From Sphingobacteriales bacterium (GTDB lineage Bacteria > Bacteroidota > Bacteroidia > Sphingobacteriales > Sphingobacteriaceae), in NCBI GenBank assembly GCA_015655115.1, contig JAATFQ010000158.1:2183-66182 (forward strand): a DNA stretch of 64,000 bases, given 5' to 3'. This document shows, piece by piece, positions 8,668 to 16,861 of this stretch; position 1 is the first letter of the stretch, and each line of letters starts with the position of its first letter. The position numbers were made by a program, and so were the translations under genes. A model generated the notes under the pieces. It made no database searches. It saw nothing but the letters and a program-made list of their open reading frames with translations, and was not told the DNA's origin.

Positions 8668-9264
8668 ATGATCACTGAAAGTTTATTAATTGAATTTGGC
8701 GCTAAAAAAGTGAGTTATGCTAAGGGTGAGATCATTTTCAGTCAGGGCCATACAGCCAGATATTACTTTCAGATTTATCTTGGTTCAGTAAAAATGAACA
8801 ACTTTAATGATGAGGGGAAAGAGTTTGTTCAGGGCATCTTTAGTGCAGGTGATAGTTTTGGGGAGCCGCCTCTGTTTATTGATGATAGCTATCCGGCAAA
8901 TGCTGTTGCTATTGATGCTGCTGAAGTCTTTATCCTGAAAAAGGAGAAATTTTTTGAACTGCTGATGTCCAACCCGGAGATCCATTTGAAAATGACAGCG
9001 AATCTGGCTAAACGCCTATATTTTAAGTCAATCATGGCATCGGAGATTTCATCACAGGAGCCGGAACACCGCGTACTTAAATTGCTTGACTATTTTAAAC
9101 TTAAGATTCATCATATCCCTAAGGATAAAAAATATATGGTAGAGATCACCAGGCAACAGATTGCTGATCTGACTGGATTAAGGGTCGAAACCGTGATCCG
9201 TTCTATCAAATCATTGGAGAAAAAGGGTGAGCTTTCTATCATCAGCCGTAAGGTCTACAGGTGA
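8668..9264 (+). CDS. Crp/Fnr family transcriptional regulator
   Basis: 'GDSFGEPPLF...YPANAVA' and 'TRQQIADLTGLRVETVIR' HTH. Alternative start at 8656. Confidence 0.93.
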   Translation: MITESLLIEFGAKKVSYAKGEIIFSQGHTARYYFQIYLGSVKMNNFNDEGKEFVQGIFSAGDSFGEPPLFIDDSYPANAVAIDAAEVFILKKEKFFELLMSNPEIHLKMTANLAKRLYFKSIMASEISSQEPEHRVLKLLDYFKLKIHHIPKDKKYMVEITRQQIADLTGLRVETVIRSIKSLEKKGELSIISRKVYR

Positions 9265-9284
9265 TCAAGTAATACAATTCTACC

Positions 9285-9331
9285 TTATGATTTCGATCAT
9301 AAAACCCGGGTAATCTTTCAGCCTACTTTTG
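9285..9331 (+). promoter_or_regulatory. FNR-like box TTATGAT-N4-ATCATAA plus TACTTTTG -7 element
   Basis: Perfect palindrome at 9285-9302 and TAnnTTTG at 9324-9331, upstream of the 9344 operon. Confidence 0.7.
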
Positions 9332-9343
9332 GATATATAAATT

Positions 9344-10195
9344 ATGTATGCCATGGTAGCCAATAAAACAATCATTATCAGTCCTAAAACCAGGATTAAG
9401 GTACTGCTCGATGCCGATCAGCAGGGAGTGATGGCTTCCCTTATAGAACTGAACCCCGGCTTTTCCCGTCTTCACAACCCGATGTTAAGGAATTTGCTTG
9501 CTCCGCGGGTTTCTATTGCCGATGCGTGCCGGATTACGGGTTGCGGAGTGCCGGAATTTTTAACGCGTATGGTTGATTTAGGGTTTACCATTGATGAGGC
9601 ATTGCTCATTAAAGACGTAGCGCAGGATAACGTTCTTCAAAAGATAGATTTCAATAAAGGAACTAAAGTCACAGTACTTGATGTGCGTCCGTATCTTGAA
9701 AAAAAACAAGATCCACTGAAGGTTATTTTAACTCAGGTAAATAAGCTCGGTAATGGTGAACGCATTAAAATCATCAATACTTTTGAGCCGCTGCCGCTTA
9801 TAGATTTGCTGGTTGATAAGGGTTTTTTATATCATACCGACCGTATAGAGGAAAAACTGGTCGCCACCTGGTTTGAAAAAAGAGATATTGGAAATAATAT
9901 AGTAGAAATTCCCACATTGCGCCAGTCTCTTCATGAGGAAGACCTGTTTAATGAAGTACGTAACCGGTTTTCCCCTGAAAAAATAAGATATATTGACGTA
10001 CGACAGCTTGAAATGCCACAACCGATGCTGTCAATTATCGGGAATATTGATACGCTGGCGGATGATGAACTTCTATATGTTTATCATAAAAAAGTGCCTG
10101 TATTTCTGCTGCCAGAATTGGAAAGCAGAGAGATGAAATTTCTGTTTAATCACGTCGGCGAAGAGAACGTCGAAATGCTGATTTACAAGCCATGA
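9344..10195 (+). CDS. DUF1858/DUF2249 (TusA/SirA-like) multidomain protein
   Basis: N-terminal 'FSRLHNPMLRNLLAPRVSIADAC' segment, 'LDVRP...DP...INTFEPLPL' and 'IDVRQLEMPQPM...HKKVPVFLLPEL'. Confidence 0.75.
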   Translation: MYAMVANKTIIISPKTRIKVLLDADQQGVMASLIELNPGFSRLHNPMLRNLLAPRVSIADACRITGCGVPEFLTRMVDLGFTIDEALLIKDVAQDNVLQKIDFNKGTKVTVLDVRPYLEKKQDPLKVILTQVNKLGNGERIKIINTFEPLPLIDLLVDKGFLYHTDRIEEKLVATWFEKRDIGNNIVEIPTLRQSLHEEDLFNEVRNRFSPEKIRYIDVRQLEMPQPMLSIIGNIDTLADDELLYVYHKKVPVFLLPELESREMKFLFNHVGEENVEMLIYKP

Positions 10196-11484
10196 GCAGC
10201 ATCAACCATAATCAGCCATTATATAGAGTTGTGATAACGCATTACTTAGCGGCAGCTATCTGTTTTTTGATCCTGGCAATTTTGTTTGTGTTATCTATTG
10301 ATACCTTTTCCGGGCATTATTTCCAGCCGAAGCTATTAGCAGTAACGCATACTGCTGCTTTGGGTTGGGGTACAATGATGATTTTTGGTGCGCTGTATCA
10401 ATTGCTGCCGGTAATCATGGAAACTAATTTATTTAGTATCAGATTATGCTGGTTCAGCTTCGGTCTTTTTACTCCCGGGTCTGTTATGCTCGTCCATAGT
10501 TTTTGGATATTTGAAACGGGAATCTGTATGCAAATAGCCGGAATATTGATACTGGCAGCTATAATCCTGTTTAGCATTAATGTTTTTTTAACAGTTAAAC
10601 ACGCCGCCAGGTCGTCTGTGTTTCAGGATTTTATGATTACGTCTTGTTTATGGCTGTGCCTGACTGCCTTATTAGGTGTACTACTTGTTTTTAATTTTCA
10701 ATTTTCATTGCTGCCGGCCGATCATATGCATTTTTTAAGATTGCATGCGCATATGGGTATTGCAGGTTGGTTTTTATTGTTAATTATTGGCGTCAGTGGT
10801 AAGCTGGTGCCGATGTTCCTGCTTTCAAAATATAAAAAAACACATCTTTTAGGAACCAGTTATTACCTGATCAATATTTCACTACTGTGCTTTCTGGTAG
10901 ATGGCTATTATAATGGTATTAATATAAAAACCTACCTGATCATGCTTTTAGGACTTGCAGGCACAGGCTGTTACCTGGCATATATTTGCCAGTGTTTTAT
11001 CACAAGGCTTCGTAAGCATGTCGACTTGCCGATGGTCACTACTTTACTGTCTTTCGTTTTGTTTGCTCTGGCTATCCTGGTATTGCCTTTTATTATATAC
11101 TGTCACTTAAAAGGAAATGCATTGGCCGTCAATTTATCGGTGGGGTATGGGGTTTTACTTTTTATGGGCTGGATCAGTGCCTTAATTTTGGGGCAGACTT
11201 TTAAAACCTTGCCATTTATTGTTTGGGTAAGGCACTATGAGCATTTAACGGGTAAAGTTAAAACACCAATGCCTGCGGATCTCATAAATGGCTGGCTGCT
11301 TAAGATACAGTTTATTGCATTTATTATTTTTCTGCCGGCGTTTTTCAGCGGACTAATTTTTTCTGTCTGGCTACTCAAATGTATTGGTGCTGCCAGTCTG
11401 GTCATTACGGCTTCATCTTATTGCATACATCTACTCTGTCTGCTATTTCATCAAACTAAAACAGAAACCTATGATCACCTTTAA
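10192..11484 (+). CDS. Polytopic membrane protein with conserved His motifs (heme-copper oxidase subunit I-like / NnrS-like family)
   Basis: About 12 hydrophobic segments, 'HTAALGW...GALYQLLPV', 'HAHMGIAGW...LVPMF' and 'GQTFKTLPF'. Overlaps the upstream gene at ATGA. Confidence 0.65.
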   Translation: MSSINHNQPLYRVVITHYLAAAICFLILAILFVLSIDTFSGHYFQPKLLAVTHTAALGWGTMMIFGALYQLLPVIMETNLFSIRLCWFSFGLFTPGSVMLVHSFWIFETGICMQIAGILILAAIILFSINVFLTVKHAARSSVFQDFMITSCLWLCLTALLGVLLVFNFQFSLLPADHMHFLRLHAHMGIAGWFLLLIIGVSGKLVPMFLLSKYKKTHLLGTSYYLINISLLCFLVDGYYNGINIKTYLIMLLGLAGTGCYLAYICQCFITRLRKHVDLPMVTTLLSFVLFALAILVLPFIIYCHLKGNALAVNLSVGYGVLLFMGWISALILGQTFKTLPFIVWVRHYEHLTGKVKTPMPADLINGWLLKIQFIAFIIFLPAFFSGLIFSVWLLKCIGAASLVITASSYCIHLLCLLFHQTKTETYDHL

Positions 11485-11806
11485 TATTTCGGATCGTTTT
11501 CCTTTCCTACAAATTGGTCTCGAAGAAGCTTTGCGCACCGTTATGGATCCTGAACTGCATATCAATATTGTTGACCTGGGCTTAATCTACTCTATAACCC
11601 TGGAGGAAGACCAAATGTACATTCATATCATAATGACTTTATCATCCAAATCATGCCCAATGGGCGAAAGTATATTGTCTGCCGCAAAAAACTGTGTAGA
11701 ACGGTTATTTCCATCCTTTAAGGTAGGGGTGGAACTGGTATGGGAACCTGAGTGGAATTACGATTTTATATCCACTGCAGGGATTAAGATACTTAAGGGT
11801 AAATAA
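11471..11806 (+). CDS. Metal-sulfur cluster assembly factor (DUF59/SufT/PaaD-like)
   Basis: 'V.DPEL.INIVDLGLIY', 'MTLS...CPMG' and 'LVWEPEW'. The ATG at 11471 is preferred. Confidence 0.9.
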   Translation: MITFNISDRFPFLQIGLEEALRTVMDPELHINIVDLGLIYSITLEEDQMYIHIIMTLSSKSCPMGESILSAAKNCVERLFPSFKVGVELVWEPEWNYDFISTAGIKILKGK

Positions 11807-11893
11807 CAATGGGGTTTAAACAAAAATACTAAATATAATAGCATTATTAAATCTTCAAATAATAACATCAGTTAAATTAATCACAACAATAAT

Positions 11894-12847
11894 ATGGAAA
11901 CCATCATCACTTTGGATGTTACAGTTTTAGAACCGCGTTTAAAACATCCTGCAATTTTCGACAAATTTGACAGTTTAAATCCTGGAGAGGCTTTTATTAT
12001 ACACAATGATCATGATCCAAAACCTTTATTCTACCAGTTACTGGCAGAAAGAGGGCAGACTTTTTCATGGGAGTATTTAACCAACGGGCCAGAGGTCTGG
12101 GAAGTAAAGATCAGCAAAAAAGATACGCTAAAGGACCAGGAAACGATAGGGGACATCGTTACTAAAGATTTCAGGAAAGCGCAGGTTTTCAAAAGACTGG
12201 GCATTGACTTTTGCTGCGGTGGCAAGAAAAGCCTGGAACAGGTGTGCGAGAAAAAAGGCTTAAATGCTGAGGATGTGCGAAAAGAACTTGATTCGGTAAA
12301 CAATGAAGCGCCAGCAAATGGAAACGATTATTTAAAATGGAATGTCGGCTTTTTAGCTGAATACATTATAAATACCCACCACCAGTATGTTAAAGATAAT
12401 GTACCATTTATACTTGAATTAGCTAATAAAGTGGCAAGAGTCCATGGTGCAAATCATCCTAAAATGGTAAAAGTGGCTGAGATTTTTGCCGGTGTTGCGA
12501 CAGAGCTGACACTCCACCTGATGAAAGAAGAAACAATTCTTTTTCCCTTTATAAAGGAGCTTGCAATTGCCCAAAATGAAGGTAGCAAATTGCCTGAAAG
12601 TGCATTCGGCAATGTATCAAACCCTATCCGCATGATGGAGATGGAGCATGAAGAAGCCGGGGACGCTCTGAAGGTTATCCGCGAGCTGACAAATAACTTT
12701 AGCTTACCTCCGGATGCGTGTAACTCTTATACCATTCTCTATAAGAAATTAGATGAGTTTGAGAATGACCTGCATGTACATGTACATCTGGAGAATAATA
12801 TTCTTTTTCCAAAATCTATCCAGCTAGAGAAACAATTGTTAAGCTGA
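11894..12847 (+). CDS. ric: Iron-sulfur cluster repair di-iron protein (Ric/ScdA/YtfE) with N-terminal DUF2249
   Basis: IDFCCGG, HH, HLMKEE, EH and HLENN hemerythrin-like ligands. N-terminal 'LDV...HNDHDPKPL' DUF2249. Confidence 0.93.
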   Translation: METIITLDVTVLEPRLKHPAIFDKFDSLNPGEAFIIHNDHDPKPLFYQLLAERGQTFSWEYLTNGPEVWEVKISKKDTLKDQETIGDIVTKDFRKAQVFKRLGIDFCCGGKKSLEQVCEKKGLNAEDVRKELDSVNNEAPANGNDYLKWNVGFLAEYIINTHHQYVKDNVPFILELANKVARVHGANHPKMVKVAEIFAGVATELTLHLMKEETILFPFIKELAIAQNEGSKLPESAFGNVSNPIRMMEMEHEEAGDALKVIRELTNNFSLPPDACNSYTILYKKLDEFENDLHVHVHLENNILFPKSIQLEKQLLS

Positions 12848-12879
12848 TTTTTTCTGGCCGCATGTATGCTACGGTCTTA

Positions 12880-12957
12880 GGATAATGCATTAGGTTTTTT
12901 AGCGCCCGGCAATTCTTGATTCCTGGCACTGGAAAGCCTGATGCATTTTTGTTATCC
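12880..12957. repeat. Long imperfect hairpin downstream of ric
   Basis: AATGCATTAGGTTTT pairs with AAAGCCTGATGCATT (two G-U pairs), with an inner GC-rich imperfect stem. Confidence 0.5.
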
Positions 12958-13145
12958 AGTTAAACGTTATGATAAAGTCAATCTTTGGTGTGTAGCAGGT
13001 GAGCTGTGGTTTCAATTTTATATAATGATAATTTTATTAAATAAATATTGCCAATTTCCTTTCTGATTTGTTATTGTTATCAGCATCTGTTTAGGCTATT
13101 GAATTAAGCTATAAAAGCAGGTCTACAGCAAAAATTATAAATATT

Positions 13146-13613
13146 ATGTTAGAAAAAGGAACTAAAGCACCAGATTTCAAATTATTTGCCGCACCAGATA
13201 AAAGTGTGTCGCTCACAGATTTTAAAGGTAAAAACTTAATATTAGCGTTTTATCCGGCCGACTGGAGTCCGGTTTGCAGCGACCAGATGGCGTTATACAA
13301 TGAAATGTTAAAGTATTTTGCCAAGTATGATGCTGAAATACTAGGCGTTTCGGTTGATGGTAAATGGTGTCACAAGGCATTCTCTGAATCGCGTAATCTG
13401 CACTTTTCTTTAGTCGCGGATTTTGAGCCTAAAGGTGAGGTGTCTAAAAAATATGGTGTATACAATGAGGAGGAGGGGCGAAGTGACCGCGCCTTATTTG
13501 TGATAGACAAAGAAGGTACAATCGCATGGAGCTATTTATCGCCCGCCGCTGTGAATCCCGGAGCTGACGGGATCCTTGATGCACTGGAATCGTTAACCCG
13601 AAATAATGCTTAA
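13146..13613 (+). CDS. Peroxiredoxin/redoxin (AhpE-like)
   Basis: 'FYPADWSPVC' PxxxS/TxxC motif and 'RALFVID'. Confidence 0.9.
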   Translation: MLEKGTKAPDFKLFAAPDKSVSLTDFKGKNLILAFYPADWSPVCSDQMALYNEMLKYFAKYDAEILGVSVDGKWCHKAFSESRNLHFSLVADFEPKGEVSKKYGVYNEEEGRSDRALFVIDKEGTIAWSYLSPAAVNPGADGILDALESLTRNNA

Positions 13614-13649
13614 ATAATACATTCTTAATAGATAGCTAATCAATAAACT

Positions 13650-14171
13650 ATGTCAAGTCAATTAAAACCTGCTGTTAACGAGCGTGATCACCTGCAGGGA
13701 GCAGCATCAGCACCCATAGAGATTGTGGAGTATGGAGATTTCCAGTGCCCGCATTGTGGTGCCGCATATCCTGTTATAAAAAAAATGCAGGAAGTATTCG
13801 GTGACCAGATAAAATTTATATTCCGTAATTTTCCATTGTCAGAGTCACACCAATACGCTAAGATTGCAGCCCTTGCTGCTGAAGCAGCCGGACTGCAAGG
13901 CAAATACTGGGAAATGCATGATGCAATATATGAAAATCAGGGTCAGCTAAATGATGGCTTATTGTATGAACTTGCTCAAAATTTGGGTCTGGACGAACAG
14001 CAATTTGAACAGGATCTTCAAAGCACTGCTTTAAATGAAAAGGTAGAAGCTGATTTTGAAAGTGGCATGCGTAGCGGGGTCAGTGGTACTCCATCATTTT
14101 TTGTAAACGGACAAAAATTTGACGGCGGGGCTGAAGACTTGTACGATATGTTAAAAGATAGTGCGGAATAA
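13650..14171 (+). CDS. DsbA family thioredoxin-fold protein (no signal peptide)
   Basis: 'EYGDFQCPHC', 'FRNFPL' and 'GTPSFFVNG'. Confidence 0.9.
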   Translation: MSSQLKPAVNERDHLQGAASAPIEIVEYGDFQCPHCGAAYPVIKKMQEVFGDQIKFIFRNFPLSESHQYAKIAALAAEAAGLQGKYWEMHDAIYENQGQLNDGLLYELAQNLGLDEQQFEQDLQSTALNEKVEADFESGMRSGVSGTPSFFVNGQKFDGGAEDLYDMLKDSAE

Positions 14172-14232
14172 ATTAAGCCTGTAATTCTGGAATGAGATAT
14201 CGGTTATAGATTATCGAACAGAAAATCTTATA

Positions 14233-14315
14233 AAATAAAAGAGCATGTCCTGTTTAAGGGCCAAGGCCCTTCGCAGAAGGGGCGTAGATCTTAAACAGGA
14301 CATGCTCTTTTATTT
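14233..14315. terminator. Perfect 26-bp inverted repeat with inner hairpin (bidirectional terminator or structured element)
   Basis: AAATAAAAGAGCATGTCCTGTTTAAG (14233-14258) and its exact reverse complement (14290-14315). Confidence 0.7.
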
Positions 14316-14349
14316 AAGAGACAATCTTTAATATTTGAAGCTGTCAGCT

Positions 14350-14685
14350 TTATAGAAAATCAGTCCTGTGTGGCGTGAATACGTCAACGATCATCCCTGC
14401 TTCCAGGCAAACTACTCCATGCACAGCATTTGGCGGCACAAAAAAACCATCACCAGCTTTAAGGATCCTTTTCTGCCCGCTAATCGTCACTTCAAAAACA
14501 CCGCTTTCAAAATAACTGACCTGCGTATGGTGATGCTCATGCAAAGTGCCGATAGCGCCTTTTTCAAATTTAACCTTCACCATCATCACCCTGTCTTCAT
14601 AACCAAAGATCTTGCGCTGAACACCATCACCCAAATCCTTCCATTCAATGTCCGAGTCTGTCTGGAATAAATCACTTTGTAGCAT
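14350..14685 (-). CDS. kdgF: Cupin domain protein (KdgF-like)
   Basis: 'GTLHEHHHTQVSY', 'VPPNAVHG' and 'DVFTPHR'. Confidence 0.75.
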   Translation of the reverse strand: MLQSDLFQTDSDIEWKDLGDGVQRKIFGYEDRVMMVKVKFEKGAIGTLHEHHHTQVSYFESGVFEVTISGQKRILKAGDGFFVPPNAVHGVVCLEAGMIVDVFTPHRTDFL

Positions 14686-14789
14686 ATACTAAATAATTAA
14701 ACTATATAAATAAATAATGTGTAACCTTAAAAAATAGGACTTAAAAAAATATGACCTCAAAAAGTATAATCTTTGAAACCTGAAATCTA

Positions 14790-15248
14790 TTAAATCGTTA
14801 CGGCCTCTCTGACCATTTCAATGTGATCGATACCATCCTCGTCATAAACATCGCTGCTGGTAACAAAGCCAAATGATCCATAAAAATCTTTTAAGTAGAG
14901 CTGGGCACCAATCCTAATAGGTTTATTGCCGCATAAACGGATACAATTCTCGATAGATAGTTTGAGCAGCTGCCTGCCAAATCCTTTTCCCCTTACACTA
15001 TTGCTGCTAACGATCCTGCCAATAGAAGGCTCAGGATATGATAGTCCGGCCGGGACAATCCTTGCATATGCAACCAACTCGTTTTCCGAATATAACATCA
15101 GGTGCTGACAATATTGATCCTTGTTGTCCATATCTAAAAAGATACAGTTTTGTTCAATAACAAAAATCTCGCTTCTTAATCTTAATATCGCATAAAGCTC
15201 CTTCGTCGTCAGCGCATCAAAAGGCTTACATATTTCTGTAAATTCCAT
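14790..15248 (-). CDS. elaA: GNAT N-acetyltransferase, ElaA-like
   Basis: 'LRSEIFVIEQNC..LDMD', 'IGRIV', 'IGAQLYL..FY..FGF' and 'EDGIDHIEM'. Confidence 0.88.
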   Translation of the reverse strand: MEFTEICKPFDALTTKELYAILRLRSEIFVIEQNCIFLDMDNKDQYCQHLMLYSENELVAYARIVPAGLSYPEPSIGRIVSSNSVRGKGFGRQLLKLSIENCIRLCGNKPIRIGAQLYLKDFYGSFGFVTSSDVYDEDGIDHIEMVREAVTI

Positions 15249-15309
15249 TTCTTTATAAAATGTTAAAGGTAATAAAAATCATTACTCCTGTTTTTGATTT
15301 TTATTAGGA

Positions 15310-15317
15310 TATATTTG
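15310..15317 (+). promoter_or_regulatory. TATATTTG -7 promoter element for modABC
   Basis: Matches the Bacteroidota TAnnTTTG consensus about 110 nt upstream of modA. Confidence 0.55.
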
Positions 15318-15327
15318 TTTTGCAGGT

Positions 15328-15391
15328 TATCGTATGCCAGGGACCAGCCTCCTATTAATATAATCCGAGCAAATATGCCCCGCATACGGTA
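15328..15391 (+). ncRNA. Candidate cis-regulatory RNA in the modABC leader (Moco-RNA-like motifs in permuted order)
   Basis: A 10-bp closing stem (TATCGTATGC / GCATACGGTA) encloses CAGGG, GCCTCC, TCCGAGC and GCCCC. It lies between a -7 element and modA. Confidence 0.5.
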
Positions 15392-15424
15392 TATATAATG
15401 TCCTAAATTTATATTATTGTTTAT

Positions 15425-16174
15425 ATGCAAAAAATAGCCGCATTTTTTTTTCTATTCCTTTTTTCATGTTCCTGTGTTATGGCACAGCCCGTTAGAGTTG
15501 CTGTGGCGGCCAATGCTCAATATGTACTCCAACAACTTAAGGCAGATTTCAATAAAAAAACTGGCATATCAGTGGAAATAATTAGTGGTCCGTCAGGGAA
15601 ATTAGCTGCACAGATCAAAAACGGAGCACCTTATGATATTTTTTTATCCGCAGATATGAATTTTGTCCAGATAGTTGATAACGCAGGTATGACCTTGATG
15701 AAACCAAGAGTTTATGCCACCGGGAGCCTCATTGTATGTTCTGCAACGGGGGCCGACTTAAAAAACTGGAAGAAAATTGCGGTACAAAAGGGGGCAGGTA
15801 AAATAGCCATTGCAAATCCGAAGGTAGCACCATATGGTAAAGCTGCTGAAGAAGCATTTAACCATTTCGGCTTGTATAAAGCGATTCATCCTCAGTTGGT
15901 TTTTGGCGAAAGTATCAGCCAGGTGAATACTTATGTATTAAATAAAGTTGTGGCGATAGGATTTACCACAGAATCGCTGGCATATGAAATAACTGCTAAT
16001 GCTGACTTTAAATGGCTACGGATTGACCCTTCAGCCTACACACCAATAAAACAGGGTGCTGTACTACTTAAACACGCCAAAAGCAGTAATTATAATAGCA
16101 ATAAAAGATTTTATGATTATCTTTTTTCGCCTGCGGCAAAGGCGATCTTTAAAAAATATGGTTATGGTGTATAA
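15425..16174 (+). CDS. modA: Molybdate ABC transporter substrate-binding protein
   Basis: 'VAVAAN', 'SGKLAAQIKNGAPYDIFLSA', 'IANPKVAPYG' and 'GESISQ'. Signal peptide present. Confidence 0.93.
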   Translation: MQKIAAFFFLFLFSCSCVMAQPVRVAVAANAQYVLQQLKADFNKKTGISVEIISGPSGKLAAQIKNGAPYDIFLSADMNFVQIVDNAGMTLMKPRVYATGSLIVCSATGADLKNWKKIAVQKGAGKIAIANPKVAPYGKAAEEAFNHFGLYKAIHPQLVFGESISQVNTYVLNKVVAIGFTTESLAYEITANADFKWLRIDPSAYTPIKQGAVLLKHAKSSNYNSNKRFYDYLFSPAAKAIFKKYGYGV

Positions 16175-16189
16175 TGCAGTTTTATTTTA

Positions 16190-16861
16190 ATGGAGTGGAC
16201 ACCGATATGGCTTAGCTTAAAGCTGGCTGCCATCACTACAATGATCCTGGTCATCATTGGAATTCCTCTGGCATACTGGCTCTCCCGCCGCAGTTCGTTT
16301 TTAAAGGTGGTTACTGAGGCAGTGTTGACTATGCCTCTGGTGCTGCCACCATCTGTGTTAGGTTTTTACCTTTTGCTGGCCTTCAGTCCGAATAGTATGC
16401 TAGGCAGCTGGCTGCTCAGGTATTTCAATATCAGCCTTGTCTTTTCTTTCGGCGGACTCGTGGTGGCGTCTGTGATCTACAGTTTGCCATTTATGGTAAG
16501 CCCGGTGAAATCAGCATTGGCCCACCTGCCAAAATCGCTGGCGGAAGCATCTTATACAATGGGTAAATCAAAATGGGAAACGTTTTACAGGATCTTGTTG
16601 CCTAATATAAAATCCTCCTTATATACCGCTGTTGTGTTAAGTTTTGCACATACGCTTGGTGAGTTCGGTGTTGTTTTAATGATAGGTGGTAAACTGAATG
16701 GCATCACTAAAGTAGCCTCAATAGCTATTTATGATGCGGTGGACAGTAATCAGTACCATGAAGCGAACCAGTACGCCCTGGTATTGTTCGCAATTACTTT
16801 TAGTATAGTAATTCTTGTGTTTATTTTTAACAAAAATGCTGCGAAAGGACCACTGGAATGA
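16190..16861 (+). CDS. modB: Molybdate ABC transporter permease
   Basis: 'PLVLPPSVLGFYLL' and 'FAHTLGEFGVVLMIGG'. Confidence 0.95.
   Translation: MEWTPIWLSLKLAAITTMILVIIGIPLAYWLSRRSSFLKVVTEAVLTMPLVLPPSVLGFYLLLAFSPNSMLGSWLLRYFNISLVFSFGGLVVASVIYSLPFMVSPVKSALAHLPKSLAEASYTMGKSKWETFYRILLPNIKSSLYTAVVLSFAHTLGEFGVVLMIGGKLNGITKVASIAIYDAVDSNQYHEANQYALVLFAITFSIVILVFIFNKNAAKGPLE

Noticed and set aside
15385-15400. ModE box upstream of modA
   Set aside because: 'CGGTATATATAATG' resembles fused half-sites but lacks the spaced CGnTATATA-N-TATATAnCG arrangement, and no modE gene is in the window.
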